The notes under the pieces were generated by a model, which saw only the letters and a program-made list of their open reading frames with translations, was not told where the DNA came from and made no database searches. DNA of 62,950 nt, filler included, from Octopus bimaculoides (lineage: Eukaryota): assembly GCF_001194135.2 (NCBI RefSeq). It is 5 parts of 5 records of this genome, joined end to end, with 100 filler letters (N's around TTAATTAATTAA, not from the genome) between each part and the next. Parts side by side here need not be neighbours in the genome. Positions count along the whole stretch, not along the records: positions 24,987 to 55,371 come from NC_068998.1; positions 55,472 to 61,464 come from NC_068987.1; positions 61,565 to 62,950 come from NC_068983.1; 2 more parts are not named here. One strand, 5' to 3'. The translations under genes and the position numbers were made by a program. This document shows, one piece after another, positions 51,480 to 62,950 of this stretch. Each line of letters opens with the position of its first letter. Position 1 is the first letter of the stretch.

Positions 51480-51919
51480 GAGTGAGAGAGCAGCGCATGC
51501 CATTAAGTGACACTGGGTTACAAATATACGAAGCCCAATATACCCATCATGACTACCCGTCTGATAAGGGTACACCAGGCACATGCATCACAACCATATG
51601 TTCGTGACATGGTGACCTCATATCAAGATAAACAACGCATGACCTTGCAGGTGGGGCTCAAAATTTTCTTCAGGTCGAGTAGCCCATCCCGATCAAAAGG
51701 TCCTTGAATAAAGGTTGTTTGAGGATGTCGAACGAAATACCCATGCTTCCAAATGTGAATTATCCAAACCCCAAAGAATTCCTCACAACACATGGCTATG
51801 ATGCTCGCCCACTACTTCTGCTCGTGATCAGAGATGCACATATCGTCAGCCACCAAGGGACGTGCTCAACTGGTTAAGGTCAAACAACTGACAAGCAAAT
51901 CTGTGGTATTGAGCAGAAT
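51480..51919. repeat. Interspersed element abutting a (TAT)n tract, cut by a 10-N gap
   Basis: Complex sequence starting abruptly after (TAT)n. I recall it as a common Octopus repeat but cannot verify this here. Confidence 0.45.
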
Positions 51920-51990
51920 NNNNNNNNNNTACTCACATGTTAAACTTCCCCGGTGTTATTATTAGAAAACGTTATCAGTTCGTATCTCAC

Positions 51991-52038
<48 letters not shown>

Positions 52039-52043
52039 GCACG

Positions 52044-52075
<32 letters not shown>

Positions 52076-52678
52076 TGTATGTATGTGTGTGCACAAGTAT
52101 ATGTAACTGATGTATGTGTATTGCGAAATGCGGATACGATAGATATGCAGGAAAAAAGGAAGATTGAAAGAGAGATGGGGAGAGAGAGAGAGAGGAGTGT
52201 GTAGCGAGGGAGGGTGTTAATGAGAGTGTAATTGAAACAATGATAGGATGTTAGAAAGATAATTCTATAATAACATTAGCCAATCAGGAAACAGTAAACT
52301 ATCTGTCACGTGATACTTTCACTTTCGTTATCACATTATTCCATGTTTTGTTGATATCATCTAATCACTTGTATTTACTTCTAGAATCCCTCTTTTATCT
52401 TGTTTTATTTTATTTTATCTTTACACCCTGACACCTACACCCCTCTCCTCTCTCTCTCCTCTCTTTCTTCCTCCCTCTCTCCGTGTCTTTCTGCTCCCTT
52501 TCTTTAAATCCCTCTGCTTTTTTTCCTCTTCACCCCTCTTCTTTATTCCAGTCACCTTCTGTCTCTTTGCAATGATGAACCATATCTCGATTGTTTTTTT
52601 TTTCTACTTATCTTTTTTTTATTCTCTTTCGTTTTATATCTATCTATCTATCTATCTATCTATTTGTTTGTCTATCTA

Positions 52679-52737
<59 letters not shown>

Positions 52738-53342
52738 CTCTGTCTTTCTATATCTCTATCAATTTATTTTTTTATATATCTATATATCAAGCCATCATTT
52801 CCTAACTCCATCCATCCCTTCATCCATCTATGTATTTATCTATCTATGTATTTATTCATCTACCTACCTGTATATCTGTCTATCTACACCTTTCTACTTC
52901 TCTACCCCTCCCTCTCTTTCTCTCTCTCTATCAAGTATTATATATATATATATATATATATGAGTGTGTGTACATCATGCTCTTTTCTTTCTCCTTCTAT
53001 ATATACACCTTTCTCTCTCTCGCTTTCTACATCCTCTTTCCCTCTCTCCTCACATCTCGGTCTCTCTCTCTTTCTCTCTCTCTCTCCCTCTCTCTTTCTC
53101 TCTTCTTTCTACTACCTCTCCCTTTCCCTCCACCCATCTCTACCTCACACCTTTATTGTTTTTGTTTTGCTCTACGCATTCTCGCCCTGTCACAATATCT
53201 CTGGCGTTGTGTTAACACCAGCCCATCCACCCACGCCCACCACTACCACCACATCATCACCATCAAAGTCCAACAGCAACCACCACACTTCCCACCAACG
53301 CCGCCTTCATTCAAGACTTCTTCCGTCTCCAATTCCTTCTAC

Positions 53343-53485
53343 CTTCTTCGCCTAATTTCTATTTTGCTCTTCTCTTCGTCGTCTGCCTCCTTCATTTCGC
53401 TTTTTATCGTGTCGGCCATGTTTTCATAGGAGTCGGATTTCGAGTGGGAGCGGGGGCGGGCGCGGGTAAACATATCTCGTGGCAT
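53343..53485 (-). CDS. Candidate start-containing exon of an unidentified gene
   Basis: GC-rich unique stretch reading MPRDMFTRARPRSHSKSDSYENMADTIKSEMKEADDEEKSKIEIRR. Second ATG (53419) in aaaacATGG context, possible donor AAG|gtagaa, upstream acceptor tcccctgcag. Confidence 0.3.
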
Positions 53486-53744
53486 TTGATCGGCCTTCCA
53501 TTACAGCAAGCGTGTTATCGCCTGCTAAACTGCAGCATTTGCCGATCATTCGTATTGATGAGCTGCCTGCAGGGGAATCACAATGGGACGAGAGAGAGGG
53601 AGAGAGATGGAGAGAGGGAGAGAAAGAGAGGAGAGGGAAGAGAGTAAGGGAGAGAGAGAGAGAGAGAGATGAGAATTTGAGAGAAGGAGCTTGATAAATA
53701 GATAGATAGACAGACAGACAGACAGATAGATAGATACTTTTATT

Positions 53745-53831
<87 letters not shown>

Positions 53832-53889
53832 TAAGGAGGCGAGCTGGCAGAATCGTTGTCACGCNNNNNNNNNNTTATTATTATTATTA

Positions 53890-54112
53890 TTATTTAAGGA
53901 GGCGAGCTGGCAGAATCGTTGTCACGCCGGGTAAAGTGCTTAACGGCATTTCGTCCGTCTTTACGTTCTGGGTTCAAATTCCGCCGAGGTCGACTTTGCC
54001 TTTCATTCTTTCGGGGTCGATAAATTAAGTACCAGTGAAACACTGGGTTCGATATAATCGACTAGTCCCCTAACCCCAAATTTCAGGCCTTGTGCCTTCA
54101 GTAGAAAGGATT
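53890..54112 (+). mobile_element. SINE family B
   Basis: Full-length copy preceded by (ATT)n. Confidence 0.88.
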
Positions 54113-55312
54113 ATCATCATAGGCGGCGAGCTGGCAGAGCCATTATTACTATCAATTCCTTGTTTCAATTATTTCACAAACGTCTCTAAATAACACCGAA
54201 AACTCCACATAAAAAATTTGTGAAGCCCGCTACGAAAGCATGGGCCACTTCCGGTAAGATTGCGTATGTTAGCTTAAAACTGCAGCAGTCCATTAGAACT
54301 CTCGGGTCACCGGAGACTGGGCTTTTCGGATTCGTAGAAATAACGCTGGGTTTTAATTCAACTGTTCTTTGACCACATAAGGAAAAATGAAGAAGTCATT
54401 GAAAGTGGAAGGTGCCATACGCTCAATTTAATAACATCATGATTAAATATGTTGTAAAGTGCAATATGAGGAGAATGTCTTCTATTTCTAGCAGACTGAG
54501 TGACCGTGTAGAAGCAGTCTTCCTGGTATACCTTCACCATGTTTTATTTGTTCGTTCGTTAGTTGTTTGTTGTTATTATTTTCCACATAGACATTAATAT
54601 GACCTCGCCATACAAATGTCAAGTGCAGTGCATACGGACAGGGGTTCAACAACAATACACCGTAGATGTTACATGAAGCGAGACATACCCGCCACCCCCA
54701 CCTTCACTATGTCGACTGCTCCATTCTTTAGTCAGAGAATGGTTATGAGACTATTACGTGTTTCTTCAGATCTACGCCATTTCTGCGTCGAGCTCACGTC
54801 TCCCCAACAAACCAAAAGTCTCCTGTACTTCTTTTCGATTCTGCCACCAACCACCATTAACTAGTCTCAACGGGAAACGGACAACGAAGGGATGCGGAAA
54901 TCTTGAAGATGGTCAATCTTGCTTGAGTGTGTATGAGTGTGTTGTGTGTATATGTGTATATATATATGTAGGTGAAAATGTTTGTGTGTATACATGTGTG
55001 TAATGTATGCATATGTGTGTGTGAATGTGAGTGTGTGTAATTGTGTTTGTATCTATGTTCGTGTGTGTGTGTATGTGTATGCGCGCATGCGTGTGTGTGG
55101 TATTAAGTGTATGCCTGTTTTTCTTTGCCCGTAAGTATGTAATGTTGTGTATGCGTGTGTGTGCGTTGTGCGTGTGAAGTGTGCATGGTTATATATTTAT
55201 GTGTGTTTTTCATTGCACGTATCTCTTTTCGAGTTATATATAAGCAAGCATACAAACATTTATTACATACATACATACATGCATGCATACACACACACAC
55301 ACATACACACAA

Positions 55313-55371
<59 letters not shown>

Positions 55372-55415
55372 NNNNNNNNNNNNNNNNNNNNNNNNNNNNN
55401 NNNNNNNNNNNNNNN

Positions 55416-55427
55416 TTAATTAATTAA
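55416..55427. other. Artificial assembly linker
   Basis: 44 N + TTAATTAATTAA + 44 N. Confidence 0.97.
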
Positions 55428-55471
55428 NNNNNNNNNNNNNNNNNNNNNNNNNNNNNNNNNNNNNNNNNNNN

Positions 55472-55672
55472 GTTTTTCTATTGCTTTGATGTATTTCTAT
55501 TGCTTTGATGTATTTCTATTGCTTTGATGTTTTTCTATTGCTTTGATGTATTTCTATTGCTTTGATGTTTTTCTATTGCTTTGATGTATTTCTATTGCTT
55601 TGATGTATTTCTATTGCTTTGATGTTTTTCTATTGCTTTGATGTATTTCTATTGCTTTGATGTTTTTCTATT
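55472..55672. repeat. 19-bp minisatellite, ~10.5 copies
   Basis: Unit TTTCTATTGCTTTGATGT(A/T); starts at the linker edge. Confidence 0.95.
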
Positions 55673-55794
55673 GGTGGACCCTAAAAACGTCCCCAGTCTT
55701 GCATACTTCTCATCACAAATGTTAAAGTTGCGACCATCTCGTCTTTTTTTAAATTTTCAACCGTAATATATGTATGTGGGTTTACATTTATTTT

Positions 55795-56160
55795 TTATCT
55801 GGTTTCAGTCATTGGATTGCGGCCATGCTGGGGTACCACCTTGGGTTTGGTCGTAGAGATTGATCCCAGTACTTACCTTTTTTAATCTGGTACTTTTTTT
55901 ATCGGGCTCTTTTGCCGAAGTGCTAAGTTGCAGGAATGTAAACATGTCAACACCGGTTGTCAAGTAGTGGTTGGGACACACACACACACACACACACACG
56001 CATGCATATACATAAGAGGACTCTGCATAGATTCCATCTACCAAATTCACTCACAAGGCATGGGTCGGCCTGGGGCCATAGCAGAAGACACTTGCCCAAG
56101 GCACAGCGCAGCAGAACTGAACCTGAGACCTCGTGGTTGCTAAGCAAGCTTCTTAATCCC
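55795..56160 (-). mobile_element. SINE family A
   Basis: Shared head, CORE-like segment and tail. Confidence 0.8.
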
Positions 56161-56644
56161 AAATCCATTTTTAGAATATATAGAATATAAATTGTTTTTT
56201 ATTACCTTCTCATCAGCCTTGGTCTTACAGAACTTTTACTAAAGGCGTTCCAGTCATGACAATCTCATTTTTTCAGCTTTAGTATATTTCGAATACAAAA
56301 ATCCAATGTGCCATTTTTTTTTTGTTTATGACGGTAAAATATGATCTGAGAGGAACTGGTTGGGTGTTATTCCTAGCAGATTGTGCGATCCTACAGAGCA
56401 AAAGTTGGCAAAATTTCGCTCGCATTCAATATCCTCTAGGAAGATCCATATCTTTCTTCCGGTCTCCCAGGGACGTGAAGATAGGAACATGGCCCCTGTT
56501 GAGAATCAAAAATCGAAACTTCTTCCTGGACTCAACGCTCGGTGAACTTAATTCTCTCTCTCTCTCCATTCGCGACTCAGATAAACTAAATAGATAAATT
56601 CTGAACACTTGATGCAACATGAACAAATGGATTTGAAGAAATAC

Positions 56645-56743
56645 CTTTTTACTCGTATATTCCCACGAGATGGAATCCTTCAACGCTTCGAGGATGTGGA
56701 CATAGCCATATTGGGCCGCGAGATGCAGAGTCGTCATGCCATG
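56645..56743 (-). CDS. TRPN1: Next ankyrin-repeat exon of the NompC/TRPN1-like channel
   Basis: Acceptor gattccccag and donor gtattt flank 99 nt, phase 0-0: HGMTTLHLAAQYGYVHILEALKDSISWEYTSKK. Joins in frame to 57961-58062 and resembles TRPN GMTAIHLAA..G...LEALK...SW..TS(K/T)K. Confidence 0.8.
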
Positions 56744-56900
56744 CTGGGGAATCAACAACAAACAAGAAACTTCTTAATGATGTGGTGTGTAATGAGAAAT
56801 GATGATGATAATGATGAGGATTAAGCTCCAGCTTTGTGAGTCGTAGGGACCATGATGATGATGATGATTGTGGTGTTGGTGATGACGATAATGATGACGA

Positions 56901-56932
<32 letters not shown>

Positions 56933-56999
56933 ATGATATGTTTGATGGAGTCACCGTCGACAGAGGGGTTGGGACGCACCTTTTATGATTTCGTTGTTG

Positions 57000-57310
57000 G
57001 AATTGTCGTAGTTGCTTCTAACCTCCAGATCAGATCTCAACGAACAAATCTATCAATGGTCAAAATCATTTCCCAGTCGTGGATGCCGTGCCTCTTTCAG
57101 GCGCAGTGTGCCCGGGACTACATTATCTAATGTAAAAGACTATCAGGTACGATTTGAGGGAAAACTGGCTTCTGTTTGTAGCAGGCCAGATGACTGCCAT
57201 AGAGTCTCCTTCATCGGCTTAAGTTCCCTTGTTGTTCAACGCTGGGTCAGTCCCGATCGAGCTGAAGTAATGGTAAAACTTGAAGGCTACGATGCAGCAG
57301 TAGACAGCTA
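57000..57310 (-). repeat. Degenerate interspersed repeat family D (TGCTAGAAATAGCAGCC-type) in the TRPN intron
   Basis: Similar to ~25885-26050, ~41420-41585, ~59130-59320 and pieces at 19010-19060 and 19840-19880. Confidence 0.55.
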
Positions 57311-57555
57311 ATTCTCTCTCTCTCTCTCTCTCCCTCTCACACACACATACACACACACATACACTCACACACACACTCACACTCACACACTCACAAACAC
57401 TCACACACACAAACACTCACATTCACACACTCACACACAGAGAGTCTCTGTCTGTCAGTCAGTCAGTCTCTCCTTCTCTCTCCTCCTTTCTCCACCCCAC
57501 TCTCTCTCTTACACACACTCACACATTCATACACACACAAATACACATACACACA

Positions 57556-57590
<35 letters not shown>

Positions 57591-57960
57591 TCACACACAC
57601 ACACACACACTCACACTCACACACACACACATACACACTCACACAATCTTTGTGTGTCACTCAGTGTCTCTTTCTGCACCCCTCTCTCTCTCAAACACAC
57701 TCACACGCAAACACTCACACACACACTCACATACACACACACTCACTCACTCTCACATTTACACTCACATATACACACTCACACACACACACTCACTCAC
57801 ACACACTTACACACATACACGATCTTTGTGTGTCTGTCAGTCAGTCTGTCTCTCTTCTCTCTCCCTTTCTTCACCCCCTCTCTCGCACACACACAAACAC
57901 ACACACACACACATGCATACTTACACTGAACTCAGCCAATGCCAACAATAAAAGACTTAC

Positions 57961-58062
57961 GTGGTTCTCGTCAGTGGCCAGAGCTCCAGCCTCCAATATG
58001 GTGAGTAATACATTCTTATGTCCACCAGAGGCCGCCAGGTGTAGGGCTGTGTTTCCCGTTTT
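57961..58062 (-). CDS. TRPN1: Ankyrin-repeat coding exon of a NompC/TRPN1-like mechanosensitive TRP channel
   Basis: Acceptor ttctttgcag and donor gtaagt flank 102 nt, phase 0-0: KTGNTALHLAASGGHKNVLLTILEAGALATDENH. Resembles the TRPN motif LHLAAEGGH...LEAGASATDEN. Confidence 0.8.
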
Positions 58063-58177
58063 CTGCAAAGAACACCAACGTTCATTTAATCAGTTATTGC
58101 GAGGCTAAACATGTATAAAAGACAAGACCTCGTTTTTAGAACTGGATCCTTTGTCTTTTGTCCTATGTTGCTATAGT

Positions 58178-58552
58178 GGAGGCGCAATGGCCCAGTGGTT
58201 AGGGCAGCGGACTCGCGGTCACAGGATCGCGGTTTCGATTCCCAGACCGGGCGTTGTGAGTGTTTATTGAGCGAAAACACCTAAAGCTCCACGAGGCTCT
58301 GGCAGGGGATGGTGGCGAACCCTGCTGTACTCTTTCACCATAACTTTCTCTCACTCTTACTTCCTGTTTCTGTTGTACCTGTAATTCAAATGGTCAGCCC
58401 TGTCACGCTGAATATCCCAGAGAACTACGTTAGGGGCACACGTGTCTGTGGAGTGCTCAGCCACCTGCACATTAATTTCACGAGAGGCTGTTCCGTTGAT
58501 CGGATCAACTGGAACCCTCGACGTCGTAAGCGACGGAGTGCCAACAACAAAA
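58178..58552 (+). mobile_element. tRNA-derived SINE family C
   Basis: A box TGGCCCAGTGG (58188-58198), B box GGTTTCGATTCCC (58231-58243), ~300-bp body and (CAA)n-like tail. Confidence 0.85.
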
Positions 58553-58599
58553 ATATGTTGCTATAAGATCCGAACTACAGTATTAACCATCTTTGATAT

Positions 58600-58920
58600 A
58601 TGATATGGTACAACACTTTGAACGATTCTTTACATGACATCCACGACGAGGTGAACATATTGGTGAATCTCGATAGCTTCCCACCGATTTATTATGCTAT
58701 TTCAGCTTGGTTAAGTTATCTTGTTTTTATCAATATATGTAGGATTCGTAACATTTTCTGTATTTCAAGTTTTATCGATTACTCTACTCTAATTTCCTGT
58801 CCACAAAGAACGCTGCTAGATTTGTTTATTGACCAGGTTTCACAAGCTCCGTCGTATTCCTTCTGCACGTTAATGATCAGCCTATTTGTTGATTCTTTTG
58901 CCCGCATACATACACCCTAA
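58600..58920 (-). mobile_element. Highly decayed RTE-like LINE remnant
   Basis: Minus frame YDGACETWSINK...KLEIQKMLRILHI resembles RTE LYG.ETW.L.K...KMLRRILGI. Confidence 0.35.
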
Positions 58921-59381
58921 TGCATTAGATGCCACTTTCCACTCATATTAACCTTCTCCACGTATTCATGTAACACAAAATTTGCACGTTATTCATAAGC
59001 AGAGATTTCGAAAATATCCTCTAATTGGGGACATGACAACTTTGACTATTACAACTGAACAAATTGAAAAATCATTACACATATCTAAGACACGTTCTTC
59101 CATTACAATTTCCTTATGCATGAGCAAAAGAGAACGTCTTTGTGGTCGTTAAAACTGCTAGAAATAACAGCTGAATTTTCTTCAACTCACCATCTACTGT
59201 TTTAAACAAGAAAAGACACACAACACAACTCAGCTCTTGGTATACAAAAATAAAGGATAGTTACGGCCAGAAAGCGGTTGATATAAAATCTGCTCGATCA
59301 GGACTGATCTGTGATTAAATAAATAAGAATAATCCTAAAGGTTTCTACCCTTCTCACAATATTTGATTTCGCATTTTTTAT

Positions 59382-59420
<39 letters not shown>

Positions 59421-60603
59421 TTTTCTCTCCTTGTTTTTTTTTCTGTGGAAGAGTGCAGGCTCGAAACGTTAAAGACTTTTTCAATTCCCGAGCGTTATAC
59501 TAATACATCTGTTTGTTTTCTACACCACCTGTCTTCGTCTTTTGTTTTTTTGTGTGAATTCGCCTATATATATNNNNNNNNNNNNNNNNNNNNNNNNNNN
59601 NNNNNNNNNNNNNNNNNNNNNNNNNNNNNNNNNNNNNNNNNNNNNNNNNNNNNNNNNNNNNNNNNNNNNNNNNNNNNNNNNNNNNNNNNNNNNNNNNNNN
59701 NNNNNNNNNNNNNNNNNNNNNNNNNNNNNNNNNNNNNNNNNNNNNNNNNNNNNNNNNNNNNNNNNNNNNNNNNNNNNNNNNNNNNNNNNNNNNNNNNNNN
59801 NNNNNNNNNNNNNNNNNNNNNNNNNNNNNNNNNNNNNNNNNNNNNNNNNNNNNNNNNNNNNNNNNNNNNNNNNNNNNNNNNNNNNNNNNNNNNNNNNNNN
59901 NNNNNNNNNNNNNNNNNNNNNNNNNNNNNNNNNNNNNNNNNNNNNNNNNNNNNNNNNNNNNNNNNNNNNNNNNNNNNNNNNNNNNNNNNNNNNNNNNNNN
60001 NNNNNNNNNNNNNNNNNNNNNNNNNNNNNNNNNNNNNNNNNNNNNNNNNNNNNNNNNNNNNNNNNNNNNNNNNNNNNNNNNNNNNNNNNNNNNNNNNNNN
60101 NNNNNNNNNNNNNNNNNNNNNNNNNNNNNNNNNNNNNNNNNNNNNNNNNNNNNNNNNNNNNNNNNNNNNNNNNNNNNNNNNNNNNNNNNNNNNNNNNNNN
60201 NNNNNNNNNNNNNNNNNNNNNNNNNNNNNNNNNNNNNNNNNNNNNNNNNNNNNNNNNNNNNTGTGTGTACGTATTTATATGCATGTGCTATGTATATACA
60301 TATATATATTCCCGAGCGTCATACTAATATATACTTTTGTTATTTACACCACCTGTCCTCGTCTGTTGTTATTATTTGTATATTCTCCCATATATATATA
60401 TATATAGATACATGTACATATATATATACATATATATACAATTAATAATTAAGGGTATTAACAGGCAGTACCGTCATGCTAACATAGCAGTCAAAATGAC
60501 AAAACTACAAGTTTATCCTCATGTATTTATATAATTTTTATTCACTTCGATCACTTTTCTGTCTCTCTGCCCGTCCGTCCGTCTGTCCGTCCGTCCGTGT
60601 CCG

Positions 60604-60659
<56 letters not shown>

Positions 60660-60663
<4 letters not shown>

Positions 60664-60862
60664 CTTTTATTCCTTTACTTGTTTCAGTCATTTGACTGCG
60701 GCCATACTGGAGCACCACCTTTAGTCGAACGAATCGACTCCAGGACTTATTCTTTGTAAGCCTAATACTTAGTCTATCGGTCTCTTTTGCCGAACCGCTA
60801 AGTTACGGTGACGTAAATACACCAACGTCGGTTATCAAGCGGTGGTGAGGGACAAACACAGA
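60660..60862 (-). mobile_element. SINE family A, 3' half
   Basis: Shared tail sequence. Confidence 0.8.
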
Positions 60863-61508
60863 CGGGGGTTTTGTTCATAGTTGATCTAAACGACTAGGTA
60901 CGCTGGGTAAGTGCTGCAACAGATTATCTGGGCTCCAAGCTCATAGCCGAGACGGAAATTATGGAGCCATTGTAGATTTCCGATATAGCAGAAAGAGGAC
61001 AATAAACATGCATTTGTTGTCCTCTTTAACAAATATATATAAATATATAACCGGAATATATTCAGTGCTGAATTTTATTCCGGAAATAAAACATGTATAC
61101 CGAGGTGCAATTCGAAAAAACCCGCCTTTTACATAGATATATAGAGATGAATAATCTTCTATGTACTATGCCGGATACATGAGAATTCGTTTTGGTATGT
61201 TGAATCTTTTGTTTATTTTTATGTATCTTAACCATACTATACTGATGAGCAGAGCTTACATATTGTTGTAATAACTGGGAAATCGATTCGATATATAGTT
61301 CAGTCTGTTTTTAAGAGGCTAATTTGGAGAGTTGCATTTTCCTCGCGTTCGGTAAAAATGTGTTTATTATGGTAGTTTAGCGTGAGGTATACTTGTATAG
61401 TAATGCCCTTATATAAAAATGAATAAAGATATATATATGTGTGTTTGTATGTGTGTGTGTGTGTNNNNNNNNNNNNNNNNNNNNNNNNNNNNNNNNNNNN
61501 NNNNNNNN

Positions 61509-61520
61509 TTAATTAATTAA
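61509..61520. other. Artificial assembly linker
   Basis: 44 N + TTAATTAATTAA + 44 N. Confidence 0.97.
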
Positions 61521-61564
61521 NNNNNNNNNNNNNNNNNNNNNNNNNNNNNNNNNNNNNNNNNNNN

Positions 61565-62130
61565 AAGATCGGGTGAATAGGGAGGGTGGGTAAGCGGGCT
61601 CATCGGTGAAACCAATCAGCATTGTCTTGACATTGGATTTCACTTGAGGCGTTTTGGGTGGGTGGGGGTGCCATCGAATACTTCCGTTGACTTGATTGCT
61701 GCTTCGTTTCCGGGTCATAGCTGTAGCACCAGCTTTCGTCCCCAGGGATGACCTTTGAATAATTTCCATCTGTTCCTTCAGTTCACAAACACGCATTCAG
61801 ATTTTCCGTGAGCAAGCGAGGCAAGTTTTTTCATTCGCAATTCCTCGCTCAAAATTCGTTGGCAGGAGCTCCAGAACACACCAGTCATATCAACAAGTTC
61901 CTCAATTACTTGGTGATCGCTCTCCAAGATCGGTTCATAAATTGTCATGTTTTCATTCGCTCGGAAGGTCGACGGTCATTCTGGACGAGATTGGTCTTCA
62001 GGCGACAAGTGACCATTCCTATAGCGTGAAAACCACTCGTACTGTCCTTGTAAGCTGTCTAAAGCATGGCAACTGTTTCGGCCGTCGTTTTCCGCAGCAG
62101 AAAATAGAGTTTCACGGAAGCATGATATAG
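61565..62130 (-). mobile_element. Mariner transposase (irritans-like) remnant with an internal deletion
   Basis: EWFSRYRNGHLSPEDQSRP, VIPGDESWCYSYDPETKQQSSQ and VKSNVKTMLIGF joined directly to LTHPPYSPDL. Confidence 0.85.
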
Positions 62131-62264
62131 TTGTAAACACTATTTACAATGCTATCGGTAGGAAAGACTTCCCTGACGTATACATCATAGGCAGAACCAG
62201 CAAGTATTCACTCCATTAATAATAAGGAATACTAGTGGAACACCCCTATATAAACATCAATTCG

Positions 62265-62620
62265 GTGCAAACATATCAAACTTGATATTGTTCCATGCGA
62301 CAGGGGACAAAAGTCATGCACTGTTGTAGAGGTCAACAGTCCAGCAGATGTGAATGTACAACCAACAGTCCGGGAATAAAGAGAACATTTTATGGCGAAT
62401 TAATGCGGAACATACAGCTCTTTTACTTTGACTGTGAATTCTCATTTGTGCCCATCATCTTAAGTCCATCAGGTTATGTGCCAAGAAATTTGCACAAAAA
62501 CCTAGAGATATTCAGTTTCACGAGAAAAGAGCAAAGGAAACTGATGCGGATTCCCTTAATTCAGGCTATTAGTGGCACAATGAAGATTTATAAGACATTC
62601 CAAAAATTCTCCATCTAAGA
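62265..62620 (+). mobile_element. RLE-type LINE C-terminus
   Basis: KLDIVPCDRGQKSCTVVEVNSPADVNV, frameshift, then YGELMRNIQLFY..FSFVPII..GYVPRNL..QAISGTMKIYKTFQKF-stop. Same type as 42700-42830. Confidence 0.75.
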
Positions 62621-62876
62621 TTCTTATGTGAGAGGGTGCACACAGTTGGGTGTGTGCATTAGCATTTCAACAAACACACCAACTCAACCAGATGTTCACA
62701 CACACTGGAAAAACTTGAAAAGTCTTGACTTGAAAAGTCTTGTCAATTTGTTTTAGCAACCGACTATCCCAAGAGTTTAAATTAAACTCTATGAAAAATC
62801 ATACATATATACGTATATATATGTATATGTATATATATGTATATGCATGTATGTATGATTTTTCTTAGAGTTTAAG

Positions 62877-62946
<70 letters not shown>

Positions 62947-62950
62947 AACA

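Noticed and set aside
53815-53925. Apparent duplicated SINE head around a 10-N gap
   Set aside because: Unmerged overlapping contig ends.
54350-54480. Possible additional mariner remnant (MAPS..NDFFIFPYV on the minus strand)
   Set aside because: Only one short, frameshifted motif.
57012-57311. 99-aa plus-strand ORF between the TRPN exons
   Set aside because: It is the antisense reading of degenerate repeat family D.
58178-58250. Possible tRNA gene
   Set aside because: It has A and B boxes but continues into a SINE body, and no complete cloverleaf is evident.

Overview
Eukaryotic, AT-rich DNA saturated with microsatellites and containing many N gaps. The tRNA-derived SINE families and repeat landscape look like Octopus (coleoid cephalopod); this is inference from recalled repeat families, not a database match. 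Four artificial 100-bp joins (44 N + TTAATTAATTAA + 44 N) split the window into five blocks that need not be contiguous in the genome. The only confidently identified host gene sequence is two minus-strand ankyrin-repeat exons (57961-58062, 56645-56743) that splice in frame and resemble NompC/TRPN1. The rest is mostly transposon debris: mariner fragments, RTE, CR1, Penelope-like (RT and GIY-YIG), RLE-type (R4/Dong-like) LINEs, an internally deleted Gypsy-like LTR element inside a SINE, a MITE nested in a 2.2-kb foldback element, and more than 20 SINE copies. The most interesting observations are four hammerhead-ribozyme-like motifs of the minimal Penelope type, an orphan C2H2 zinc-finger pair, candidate exons of unidentified minus-strand genes (including a possible tiny secreted peptide), and several compact TF-motif clusters. 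Most long ORFs in the supplied track are microsatellite or N-run artefacts. Coordinates of degenerate repeats are approximate.
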